This document shows positions 1-9,215 of a DNA stretch of 32,000 nucleotides, in pieces. Made by a program: the position numbers and the translations under genes. The stretch comes from Candidatus Jordarchaeales archaeon. Its GTDB lineage: Archaea > Asgardarchaeota > Jordiarchaeia > Jordiarchaeales > Freyrarchaeaceae. The notes beneath the pieces were generated by a model. The model ran no database searches. It saw nothing but the letters and a program-made list of their open reading frames with translations, and had not been told where the DNA came from. Each line of letters begins with the position of its first letter. Within the stretch, counting starts at the first letter, position 1. Location: contig JAWCFL010000021.1 in the NCBI GenBank assembly GCA_038858525.1, positions 731 to 32,730 on the forward strand, in the 5' to 3' direction.

Positions 1-4
1 CGTC

Positions 5-496
5 TTGTCGTATCCATTTAGGCTTGTAGGTGTGTCTGGAACTTTTGATAGGCTTCATAGAGGGCATAGATTTTTGCTGAGTAAAGCCTTAGAAATGGGG
101 GAGCGGGTGATGGTTGGTTTAACTTCTGATGAAATGTGCTCTGGAAAGCAGCTTTCGAGTAAAATTGAGCCATTTGAAGTTAGACGCGCAAAATTGGAAC
201 AGTTCTTCAAAGAAGTGGGCGCCGCCTCAAGAGTTGAAATAATCACGCTTAATGACCCCTACGGACCAGCAATCGAGGATTCAGGACTCGAAGCTATCGT
301 CGCAGGCGAAGATGTAGCCTGGCGTGTAGAAGAGATTAACAAAATTAGGGAAAAGAAAGGTTTGTCTCCGCTAAAACTTATAGTTGTTAAGCTAGTGAAG
401 GCTAGTGACGGCGAACGGATAAGTAGCACTCGAATAAGAAAAGGTGAAATAGACGAGGAAGGTCGCCTTCAAAAGGTTACGTTCTCGTCTGATTAA
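5..496 (+). CDS. coaD: Phosphopantetheine adenylyltransferase (archaeal PPAT)
   Basis: GTFDRLHRGH (HxGH) motif, GLTSDE, DPYGP, ISSTRIR.GEID. TTG start near the window edge. Confidence 0.9.
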   Translation: MSYPFRLVGVSGTFDRLHRGHRFLLSKALEMGERVMVGLTSDEMCSGKQLSSKIEPFEVRRAKLEQFFKEVGAASRVEIITLNDPYGPAIEDSGLEAIVAGEDVAWRVEEINKIREKKGLSPLKLIVVKLVKASDGERISSTRIRKGEIDEEGRLQKVTFSSD

Positions 497-637
497 ATGG
501 ACAATGAGTACCCCTCTAACGTCTCTCTTTTACTGATTCTCCTTATATGTTGTCCATTTCCTCCATAACTTTTTTAACGTTTCTCGATTTTCTAATCCCT
601 TTGAAGGTTACGCAGCGTAGGTAAAGGAGGGTTTCGA

Positions 638-2167
638 TTGTCTCTTTCCTTTGAAGGTCTTCGTGAAGTTGACATCAGGATCCTTCGCTTTTTAGCTGAG
701 CAAGGTGATAAATCACGGCTGAACGATGTACTGGAGAGAACAGGTATTGAGCATGCTGCGCTCGTGAAATCTCTAGCTTGGCTTGAAGAGAAAGGCTTTG
801 TGTCTGTTGAGCGCATTGAGTTAGAGTTTTTTTCTCTCACCGATGAAGGTATGCATTACGCTTCTTCTAGTCTTCCAGAAAGAAAACTTTTAAACTTCCT
901 CATTGAAAGAGGTGGGAAAGCCACTCTAAATGACGTTTTAAAGGCAGGCGTTATCCCTGAACCCATGGTTAACGTTGCCATTGGGTGGGCGCGGCGTAAA
1001 GGATGGATCGAAGTTTTAAAAATGGATAACGAAACCATTATCAACGCTTTATGTACTTCTCCTCCGAGAGGCTCCGATGAGCTTCTCTTAGAATTCCTTT
1101 TAAAGAAGAAAAGCGCAAAGCGGTCAGAGTTGCCTGAAGAACTAGTCTCTGCAATCGATTTACTTTATAAACGTAACTTGTTAGAGAAACGTAGTGAAAC
1201 TGAAGTTTTTGTGTGGATAACAAGTAATGGCACCGCACTCTTAGAAAGTGGTGTTGAGGCAGATGAGGGAATAAGCTTACTAACCCCAGACCTCATAAGG
1301 ACGCAGGCTTGGAAAAATGTTAAGCTAAAAAAGTTCAACGTTGAGGCGCCTACCAAGCCTGTTTATCCGGGAAAGCTACATCCCATAATTCAGCTCATTA
1401 ATGAGATAAGAGAAATTTTTCTGAGTATGGGATTCGAAGAGATTAGAGGTCCTCTCGTGGAGTCTGCTTTCTGGAACTTTGATGCGCTCTTCACCCCACA
1501 GGACCATCCAGCACGTGAGATGCACGATACTTTTTACCTTAAAAAACCATCTACAGTTCGGTTACCAAGAGAAGAATTGGTTTACAGAGTAGCTAAGACT
1601 CATGAAAATGGATGGAAGACTGGGTCAAAGGGATGGGGATACTCCTGGAAAACGGAGCTTGCTCAACAAGCAATCCTAAGAACGCATACCACAGCTACAA
1701 CTATACGGTATCTTGCAGAGCACGGAACACCTCCTGTGAAAGTTTTCTCGGTAGATAGAGTTTACAGAAATGAGAGAGTGGACTATAAGCATCTCGCGGA
1801 GTTTCATCAGATAGAAGGGATAATAGTTGACAAGAATGTAACATTAAGGGACTTGATGGGTGTGCTGAGGGAATTTTATTGGAAGCTCGGGTTTAAAAAG
1901 GTTCAATTTTGGCCTAGTTTCTTCCCGTATACTGAACCTTCGATTCAATCAACGGTTTATGTTGACGAGTATAGAGCTTGGGTGGAACTCTGTGGCGCAG
2001 GAATATTCAGGCCCGAGGTTACTGTACCCCTTGGGGTCAGAGTTCCTGTTTTAGCTTGGGGAGGCGGGTTTGAGAGGATCGCTATGCTTCGACTTGGGCT
2101 AGATGATATAAGAGACCTCTATAGGAACTCCTTAGGGTGGCTGAGGCAAACCTCGGTCATACTTTAG
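638..2167 (+). CDS. pheS: Phenylalanyl-tRNA synthetase alpha subunit
   Basis: WNFDALF.PQDHPAR.M.DTFY, FHQIEG, FPYTEPS motifs. TTG start after AAAGGAGGG. Confidence 0.97.
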   Translation: MSLSFEGLREVDIRILRFLAEQGDKSRLNDVLERTGIEHAALVKSLAWLEEKGFVSVERIELEFFSLTDEGMHYASSSLPERKLLNFLIERGGKATLNDVLKAGVIPEPMVNVAIGWARRKGWIEVLKMDNETIINALCTSPPRGSDELLLEFLLKKKSAKRSELPEELVSAIDLLYKRNLLEKRSETEVFVWITSNGTALLESGVEADEGISLLTPDLIRTQAWKNVKLKKFNVEAPTKPVYPGKLHPIIQLINEIREIFLSMGFEEIRGPLVESAFWNFDALFTPQDHPAREMHDTFYLKKPSTVRLPREELVYRVAKTHENGWKTGSKGWGYSWKTELAQQAILRTHTTATTIRYLAEHGTPPVKVFSVDRVYRNERVDYKHLAEFHQIEGIIVDKNVTLRDLMGVLREFYWKLGFKKVQFWPSFFPYTEPSIQSTVYVDEYRAWVELCGAGIFRPEVTVPLGVRVPVLAWGGGFERIAMLRLGLDDIRDLYRNSLGWLRQTSVIL

Positions 2168-2180
2168 AGGGGGTGAAGGA

Positions 2181-3839
2181 ATGCCGACTCTCGTACTTAA
2201 GGTGAAGAGGATGAGTGAGCTTCTCGGTCGTGAAATCACAGTGGAGGAGCTTGAACGGGTTGTTCCTTGGCTTGGTGTAGATATAGAGAACGTTGGCAGT
2301 GATTATGTTAAAATAGAGTATAACCCGAATAGGCCAGACTTTTCAAGCCAAGAGGGAGTAGCCCGAGCCCTGAGAGGCTTCATGGAGATAGAAACCGGGC
2401 TTCCAAGGTACAATGTTGAATCAGGGTCGGTAGTTTTAAAGGTTGACCCTTCTGTTCGCCCTATTCGACCGTGGATCGTCTGCGGCGTGGTTCGTGGACT
2501 TAAGCTGGATGAGGAACGCATAGTTGAAATTATAGAAATGGAGGAAGCGCTCGATTGGGCGATAGGTCGAAACAGAGCGATATCTTCGATAGGGCTTCAC
2601 AATCTTGACGCTGTTAAGCCTCCCTTCAAGTATCATGCAGTGTTGCCCGACGAGATCCGTTTCGTTCCATTGGATATGGAGACAGAAATGACGCCTAGAG
2701 AAATTCTGAATGTTCATCCTAAAGGAATAACATATAGACATATATTAGAAGGCGCTGAGCGTTACCCGATAATAACTGATCGGGAAGGTAATGTTCTCTC
2801 CTTTCCCCCGATCATAAACGGAGTCCTAACACGTATTACTGAGAACACGAGAAATCTTTTTATAGACTTGACTGGCACACGGCTAGAAGCTGTCTCTGCT
2901 GCATTAAACATCCTCGTAACAACGTTTGCAGATATGGGAGGGCGTTTAGAATCTGTAACGGTAGAGTACCCTGATAAGACGTTAATTGTTCCCAATTTGT
3001 CTCCTTCAAGGTGGACGTTAAGCGTTAAGAATACAAATAAACTTCTAGGTTTAAAGTTAAAGCCCGAGCAAATCGCTAGATGTCTAGAGAAAATGCGGCT
3101 TGGCGTTGAGCACGTTGGAAAGGAGCTTTCAGTGCTGGTTCCAGCTTACCGATACGACATAATGCATGAAGTCGACCTAATAGAGGAAGTGGCTATAGGA
3201 TATGGTTACTTTAACCTGGAGCCTACGCTTCCAAGCACGGTCACTATAGCTCTAGAGAATCCCATTCAAAAACTTTCAAATAAAGTGCGAATGATAATGA
3301 TTGGCTTCGGCTTTACAGAAGTCATCAGTTCTACTCTTGCGAATTATAAAGAGCACTTTGAGTACATGATGGTTAAAGGCGATCCTGTTAGAATACTTAA
3401 CCCTGTTAGCGCTGAGTATGATATACTTCGCTCCTCGCTTATTCCCTGCCTCCTAAAAGTTTTAAGCAACAACAAGCATGAAGCCTTCCCACAAATAATT
3501 TTTGAGGTAGGAGACATCGTCGTGCCTGACGACGATGCAGAAACAGGAGCTAAACGCTTATTACACCTCGCAGGAGTGATGACGCATAGCGAAGCAGGTT
3601 TCACAGAAATTAAGTCGGTTGCCGAAGGAGTGCTCAGAGAGATGGGTGTTAAAAACTACACTTTCAAGGCTACAGACCACCCCAGCTTTATTCCAGGAAG
3701 GTGTGCCGAAGTGAGAGTAAATGGAAACACTATAGGCATTGTTGGAGAGATACATCCAAAAGTATTAAATAATTTCGAATTGGAATACCCCGTAGGGGCG
3801 TTCGAGTACGATTTACAGTTTCTTTTAGAGCGTGATTAG
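2181..3839 (+). CDS. pheT: Phenylalanyl-tRNA synthetase beta subunit (archaeal/eukaryal type)
   Basis: NRPDF, LSFPPIIN, YRYDIMHEVDLIEEVAIGYG, GEIHP motifs. Directly follows pheS. Confidence 0.97.
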   Translation: MPTLVLKVKRMSELLGREITVEELERVVPWLGVDIENVGSDYVKIEYNPNRPDFSSQEGVARALRGFMEIETGLPRYNVESGSVVLKVDPSVRPIRPWIVCGVVRGLKLDEERIVEIIEMEEALDWAIGRNRAISSIGLHNLDAVKPPFKYHAVLPDEIRFVPLDMETEMTPREILNVHPKGITYRHILEGAERYPIITDREGNVLSFPPIINGVLTRITENTRNLFIDLTGTRLEAVSAALNILVTTFADMGGRLESVTVEYPDKTLIVPNLSPSRWTLSVKNTNKLLGLKLKPEQIARCLEKMRLGVEHVGKELSVLVPAYRYDIMHEVDLIEEVAIGYGYFNLEPTLPSTVTIALENPIQKLSNKVRMIMIGFGFTEVISSTLANYKEHFEYMMVKGDPVRILNPVSAEYDILRSSLIPCLLKVLSNNKHEAFPQIIFEVGDIVVPDDDAETGAKRLLHLAGVMTHSEAGFTEIKSVAEGVLREMGVKNYTFKATDHPSFIPGRCAEVRVNGNTIGIVGEIHPKVLNNFELEYPVGAFEYDLQFLLERD

Positions 3840-3841
3840 CG

Positions 3842-4390
3842 ATGGCGGCCAGAACAGCTGTTTTGGTCATTGATATGCTAAAGGACTTCATAGAGGAAGG
3901 AGCAGTTTTAGAGGTCCCAAAAGGACGGGAAATCATTCCAAATATAAAGCGCCTAACGGATGAGGCGAGAAGTAAAGGCGCTCTAGTCATTTACGTATGT
4001 GACAGTCATGATCCGAATGATCCCGAATTTTCAAAGTGGCCTCCCCATGCTGTAGAAGGAACCAGCGGGGCAGAAGTTGTAGACCCAATTAAACCACAGA
4101 AAGGCGACGTTGTAGTTAAAAAACTCAAGTACGACGGCTTCCTTGGAACCACTTTAGACCTTATCCTGAGAAGCAGAAAAATAGGCGCTGTGATTTTAAC
4201 CGGCGTCTTAACAAATATTTGCGTGCTATATACAGCGTCAACAGCATCCATGTTAGGTTACGACGTAGCTATTCCACGGGACTGTGTAGCATCAACCAGT
4301 GATGAAGAGCATGAATGGGCTCTTCATCACATGAAAGACATACTCGGAATAAAGATCATTAACCTCAGGGAGGCGCTCGCCTCTCTTTAA
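3842..4390 (+). CDS. Isochorismatase-family cysteine hydrolase, likely nicotinamidase
   Basis: VIDM..DF, D.H, WPPH, K..YDGF, LTNICV (Asp-Lys-Cys triad plus metal ligands). Confidence 0.85.
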   Translation: MAARTAVLVIDMLKDFIEEGAVLEVPKGREIIPNIKRLTDEARSKGALVIYVCDSHDPNDPEFSKWPPHAVEGTSGAEVVDPIKPQKGDVVVKKLKYDGFLGTTLDLILRSRKIGAVILTGVLTNICVLYTASTASMLGYDVAIPRDCVASTSDEEHEWALHHMKDILGIKIINLREALASL

Positions 4391-4521
4391 AAAACGCAAG
4401 ATAAAGATCTTACTTTCTTTTCTCGCATATATGTTCCCTTTTAAAAGCCTCCTCTTATATGTGATTTACAATTTTTGTAAAAAATACCGTAAAATATATT
4501 GAAATATTATTCATTTTCTTT

Positions 4522-4542
4522 AAAGCGAAAGATTTTTATTAA
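4522..4542 (+). promoter_or_regulatory. BRE/TATA promoter upstream of the candidate structured RNA
   Basis: AAAGCGAAAGA followed by TTTTTATTAA, ending about 21 nt before the GC-rich 5' end at 4563-4564. Confidence 0.55.
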
Positions 4543-4562
4543 GAAATTCTCCTATGAAAGAT

Positions 4563-4687
4563 GGGGTGGGCGGATGATGGCGCGAAAACCCCAGAACTAT
4601 TTCTGTTTCGTGTGGTTTTATCCCCCCTCCCCCTCACTGCAGAAATAGACAAAATGGGGTTGTGAAACCGCCCGCCCACCCGAAACA
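4563..4687 (+). ncRNA. Candidate structured non-coding RNA of unknown family
   Basis: Nested stems 4564-4573/4672-4681 (10 bp), 4587-4593/4655-4661 (7 bp) and 4597-4605/4640-4648 (9 bp). GC island in an AT-rich spacer, with an upstream TATA and a downstream pyrimidine/T tract. Confidence 0.6.
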
Positions 4688-4735
4688 TTTTACAAGAACT
4701 TCTCCTCTTTTCTTCTTATAGAAGACCCTATCGGG

Positions 4736-5897
4736 ATGAGGTTCATGTGGCGTGCTATAAGGCCAGACTCCATCAGTGTTTGGAGCAATGAGCAGGTTCT
4801 AACTCGACTTAAGCGCTACTACGCTGTCCTTAAAGATGAAAAACCGGCTAAAATGCTTGTGGCCAGAAAAGTGGAAATTGAAGACGACCTCAACGTTCCA
4901 ACAGACAAACTCTGGCATCAACACCAAAGGGCTAGTGGAAAGTTCCGTAGCCTTCTCAAAGAAGTAGACCAAGGTAAAATTAATCTAAAAGATTTAGACA
5001 CTCCGAAAACCTCGTACTTAGACCTAAAATTGGAGCTTGCTAGGCGAATACTGGCAAGCTGCCACTTCTGTGAAAGAAGGTGCGGCGTGAACAGACTGGA
5101 AGGCAAACATGGCGCCTGTCAGCTTAACGCAAAGGCGTACGTCTCTTCAGCATTCCTTCACTTTGGAGAAGAAGCTCCACTAGTGCCATCAGGCACAAAC
5201 GCCCGAGTTTCTCTCTGGCGGTGCAATCTTCTTCAACATGTGCACGTTTAAGTGTGTCTTTTGTCAGAACCACGATATCTCTACGGCAATAGATGGCGTT
5301 GAGGTAAACGGAGAGAAACTAGCTAGTTTAGCTCGCCACCTTAAGAGAGAAGGCGCACGAAACATAAATTACGTCGGTGGAGACCCAACTCCTTCCGCTC
5401 ATGTAATCCTTGAAGCCATAAGAAATCTCGCGTATACGGAGACAAACATTACTCAGCTTTGGAACTCTAACTTTTACTGTAGCAAAGAGTTAATTATTCT
5501 TCTGCTTGACGTCATGGATTTCTGGCTTCCCGATTTTAAGTATGGAAACGACGAATGCGCTGAGCGTCTCTCCAAGGTTAAGCGTTACTTCGAAGTAGTA
5601 TCAAGAAATCATAAGCTGGCATATGATGAGACAGTTGTAGAAGGCACTTCAGGCATGATCATACGCCACTTGGTTCTGCCAGGACATTTAGATTGTTGCA
5701 CGAAGCCGATTTTGGAATGGATCGCTGAAAACACTCCGTTGGCTCTCGTGAATGTAATGTCGCAGTATCACCCTGACTACCTAGTGCCTCAAAACCCTGA
5801 TTACAGAGAAATAAATCGCAGAGTAACAGTTAAAGAAATGAAGGAAGCATACGAGTACGCAGACAAACTAGGTTTAGTATGGAGACCAGTCAGTTAA
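4736..5897 (+). CDS. PflX-like radical SAM protein, intron-split: join(4736..5198,5227..5897), 377 aa
   Basis: The two ORFs are halves of one protein. The spliced reading HFGEEAPLVPSGTIFFNMCTFKCVFCQNHDIS restores CxxxCxxC. N-terminal CHFCERRCGVNR; C-terminal RHLVLPGH and NVMSQYHP. Confidence 0.88.
5199..5226 (+). other. 28-nt BHB intron in the radical SAM mRNA
   Basis: Central helix GCAC(5193-96)/GTGC(5221-24), bulges AAA(5197-99) and AAT(5225-27), intron stem CGCC/GGCG. Canonical cuts restore the frame. Confidence 0.88.
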
Positions 5898-6076
5898 ACT
5901 CTGTATTTCAAAAAGCATCATTTTTGCGCGTTGCTGTTTCGGGCATCTAACTTACGCCAACAACCCTCTGTTATTTAAGTCCGATATGACGTCGATTGTA
6001 ATGATTCTTTTGGTTAAGGCCGATTTAAGCTTCGCCTTTATAATTTAAGTTGAGGGTGGGCGTCATTGCGTGATAA

Positions 6077-7105
6077 TCACCATTTTGTCTCCCTACATTC
6101 CCCGACAATTGCAATTTTTTCGTTGCAACGTGGGCATCTGCCATCCTTAAGGTTACATTTCTTTACTATGAAGCCGTATCTTTCGATCACTTTTTCGTTA
6201 CACTTCGGACAGTAAGTGTCCTCTCCTTCCCCAGGCATGTTTCCCATATACACGTAGTGTAACCCTTCCTCCCTCGCTAACTTCCACGCTTTGGCTATCG
6301 TTGAAGGAGGTGTGGGCGGAAGATTACTCAACTTATAGTGGGGGAAAAACCTTGAGAAGTGAACTGGCATATCTAATCCCGCGTTTTCCTTAACCCATCT
6401 GGCGAACTCTCTTATTTCTTCTTCGCTATCGTTCAGCGTTGGTATTATCAGGTAAGTCAACTCTACATGTATCCCTTCCTCTTGCATAATAAGAATATTA
6501 TCCAGCACTGGCTTTACGCTTGGCGCCTTGCAAATCTTTCTATAAAATTCATCTTTCATTGATTTGACATCTACGTTTGCCGCGTCTATGTAAGGCGCAA
6601 TTTCTCTGAGCGGTTCCTCCATTACGTAGCCGTTTGTTACAAGTACGTTCTTTATTCCCTCCTGATGAGCAAGTTTTGCCACATCGTAAACGAATTCATA
6701 CCATATGAATGGCTCATTATACGTGTACGCTATAAATTTACTGCCGCTTCCCTTAATACGCCTAACTATTTCTTCTGGTGAGAAATCCCTTGTAAAACCA
6801 CTTTCTATCGATGCTTGCGAAATCTCCCAGTTCTGACAGTTCTGGCAGTGGAGGTTGCAGCCGACAGTTGAAATGGAGAATATAGGCGAACCAGGATAAA
6901 AGTGGAATAAAGGCTTTTTCTCTATAGGGTCTACAGCCATTGATGAAACTGACCCATAAACCAAAGTGAAAAGCGTTCCTCCTCTGTTTTCTCGGACACC
7001 ACAGCCCCCTCGTCTTCCTTCTTTAATAATGCATTTCTGAGGGCAAAGAAAACAAACAACCGTCCCATCGTCCTTAACCTCATAGAACAAGGCGTTCTTA
7101 ATCAT
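6077..7105 (-). CDS. AmmeMemoRadiSam-system radical SAM enzyme
   Basis: N-terminal C..CP..C, DPIEKKPLFHFYPG, GCNLHCQNCQNWEISQ, YTYNEP, HFSRFFPHY, C-terminal Cys pairs. Confidence 0.9.
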   Translation of the reverse strand: MIKNALFYEVKDDGTVVCFLCPQKCIIKEGRRGGCGVRENRGGTLFTLVYGSVSSMAVDPIEKKPLFHFYPGSPIFSISTVGCNLHCQNCQNWEISQASIESGFTRDFSPEEIVRRIKGSGSKFIAYTYNEPFIWYEFVYDVAKLAHQEGIKNVLVTNGYVMEEPLREIAPYIDAANVDVKSMKDEFYRKICKAPSVKPVLDNILIMQEEGIHVELTYLIIPTLNDSEEEIREFARWVKENAGLDMPVHFSRFFPHYKLSNLPPTPPSTIAKAWKLAREEGLHYVYMGNMPGEGEDTYCPKCNEKVIERYGFIVKKCNLKDGRCPRCNEKIAIVGECRETKW

Positions 7106-7278
7106 AATCCTTCACACGCCCTCAAGATGTCTACCTTCGCCTATATTTATATTAACTTGGAGATATTTTTCAGTTTCGCAAAAGAAAAATAACAGTAGTC
7201 GTCCCCCAACAAAGTAACTAAAAAGTTTTTACGGGAAAGTGTTCAGTCTCCATTTAGAGAAAGAAATGGAGGGCCCGG

Positions 7279-8169
7279 ATGGACACGCCGGATAACACCG
7301 TGCTTGTTGCAGGATCCGCTTCTCAAATGCTGGCGGTCAGGATAGCCCGTGTCCTTGGGGTAAATATTGTCCCAGTATCCTCTAAACTTTTTCCTGATGG
7401 TGAACTTTACATACGTCTTCTTTCATCACTTAATGGGCGCAAGGTAATTATTGTCCAGTCGACTCCTCCCCCTCAAAACTCAAATCTGCTCGAGCTCTTT
7501 TTTCTCATTAACACTGCTGTAGAGCAAGGTGCAGAGAAAGTCGTTGCTGTGGTGCCTTACTTCGCGTATGCCCGGCAGGACAAAGAGTTCCTCCCAGGGG
7601 AGGCCGTTAGTGGGCGTTATGTGTGCCGCATGTTAAGGCATTGTGGCGCCGACATGGTGGTGACCGTAAACATTCATAATAGACGTATATTTGATGGTAC
7701 TGGTATGCCCTTTATTGACTTGAACGCGGTGCCTTTGATAGCGGAACACTTTAAGAACTTCTCATTAAAGAACCCTATGGTTTTAGCGCCTGATGAAGGC
7801 GCGATAGAGGAAGGAAAACTGGTTTCAGAGATGCTCGGTTGTTCTTTCGCTTTCCTCAAAAAAGAGAGAGATAAGCATACTGGGGAGATTGTCACTGAGG
7901 AGAAACAAATGGAACTTAAGGGAAGAGACGTGCTAGTGATTGATGACATAATAAGTACTGGGGGGACTATGGTTAATGCTGTTTCCATAGCTGCTAGGCA
8001 GGGTGCAAGAAACATATACGTTGCCTGCGTTCATCCTTTACTAGTAGGGGAAGCCCGTCTCAGAATACTTAGCGCGGGTGCAAAGGAAATAGTTGGAACT
8101 GATAGTGTGCCAAGTGATGTAAGCCTTATCTCTCTAGCTTCTTTAATTGCTGGTGCGTTAAAAAATTGA
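7279..8169 (+). CDS. prs: Ribose-phosphate pyrophosphokinase
   Basis: FPDGELY, PYFAYARQD, APDEGA, VIDDIISTGGT motifs. Confidence 0.95.
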   Translation: MDTPDNTVLVAGSASQMLAVRIARVLGVNIVPVSSKLFPDGELYIRLLSSLNGRKVIIVQSTPPPQNSNLLELFFLINTAVEQGAEKVVAVVPYFAYARQDKEFLPGEAVSGRYVCRMLRHCGADMVVTVNIHNRRIFDGTGMPFIDLNAVPLIAEHFKNFSLKNPMVLAPDEGAIEEGKLVSEMLGCSFAFLKKERDKHTGEIVTEEKQMELKGRDVLVIDDIISTGGTMVNAVSIAARQGARNIYVACVHPLLVGEARLRILSAGAKEIVGTDSVPSDVSLISLASLIAGALKN

Positions 8170-9200
8170 TACAGCGCTTCTTTTTCTTATTATCAGGAGA
8201 AAATGAAGCTCTTTCTTGGGGAGAATGTAAGGCGTTGCTGGAGGCTAGCGGCTCCCCCTTTAAATTCTCAACTTTAAAACAAGTTCTTATAGCTGAGACC
8301 ACCTATGACTCCGCTCGCTTCGTTTTGGAGCGCGCCGCTATGTGCCACTATGGTTGCTTGCTCATCGCGAAATTACCTTTCTCACTCAAACAAATTTCTT
8401 CCGCTATTTCGTCGTATGAATCCGGCATTGCTTCAATAATTTCGTCCAGTGATTCGTTCGCCGTTAGAGTGCGTTGCGTTAAACCAACATTTCACAGAAT
8501 TGATACATTAGCTCTTGAGAAGGTACTGGGGGAAACTGTGAGGAAGATCACTGGAGCAAAGGTAAATCTGGAAAATCCAAATAAACTTCTCATAGGAGTC
8601 CTAACAGAGGGTTGGTTCTTGTTCGGCTTATGTCTTGGCCGTTCCGCCCGGAAAAGTCTTGGGTTACGTTCCCTCCGTTACAGGCCTTTTATGACGCCTT
8701 CATCTATGACGCCTTACATTGCAAGGACAATGGTTAACTTATCCAGGGCAACTCCTCGTGACATTTTTTTGGACCCATTCTGCGGTAGTGGAAGTATACT
8801 TATCGAAGCAGCACTGGTCGGATGCCGCATCATAGGATGCGACATAGACCCAAGAATGGTTAATGGCGCCAAAGCTAACCTTACATATTACGGCTTAAAT
8901 GGAGAACTAACGTTAAGTGACGCCCGTCACCTTCCTTTTTCATGCGCCGACAGGGTCGTGACGGATCCACCCTATGGCCGTGCCGCGTCAACAAAGGGAA
9001 TACCCCTCAAAAAACTTCTTCAAGGTTTTCTATCCTCTGTAGAAAGTGTGCTTGGCAAGAAAGGTTGGCTCTGCATGGCTTCTCCCTCAAATGTGGATGT
9101 AGAAAGCTACATGAATATGTATGGCTTCCAAGTAATCGAGACCTATCATATACGAGTTCATGAAAGTCTCACGAGAAAAATAATTGTTTCTCGGAAATGA
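8166..9200 (+). CDS. THUMP + methyltransferase, tRNA m2G10 methyltransferase (Trm11/TrmG10-like)
   Basis: THUMP-like SFAVRV...VNLENP, LDPFCGSGSILIEA, TDPPYGR. Confidence 0.85.
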   Translation: MIQRFFFLLSGENEALSWGECKALLEASGSPFKFSTLKQVLIAETTYDSARFVLERAAMCHYGCLLIAKLPFSLKQISSAISSYESGIASIISSSDSFAVRVRCVKPTFHRIDTLALEKVLGETVRKITGAKVNLENPNKLLIGVLTEGWFLFGLCLGRSARKSLGLRSLRYRPFMTPSSMTPYIARTMVNLSRATPRDIFLDPFCGSGSILIEAALVGCRIIGCDIDPRMVNGAKANLTYYGLNGELTLSDARHLPFSCADRVVTDPPYGRAASTKGIPLKKLLQGFLSSVESVLGKKGWLCMASPSNVDVESYMNMYGFQVIETYHIRVHESLTRKIIVSRK

Positions 9201-9215
9201 GGCAGGTGCTATCCC

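Noticed and set aside
4563-4687. 5S rRNA, box C/D, H/ACA or SECIS identity for the structured RNA
   Set aside because: No 5S signature. ATGATG is present but there is no CTGA box D in register. The ACA is too far from a pocket. No in-frame UGA selenoprotein was seen nearby.
4736-5897. Radical SAM gene as a pseudogene, two separate genes, or a programmed frameshift
   Set aside because: Both halves are intact. A ribosomal frameshift would leave about 9 extra residues inside the conserved motif, whereas canonical BHB cuts restore it exactly. The ATG at 5238 has no SD.
6055-6063. GGGTGGGCG repeat of the ncRNA 5' end
   Set aside because: An isolated 9-mer with no partner stem; plausibly chance.
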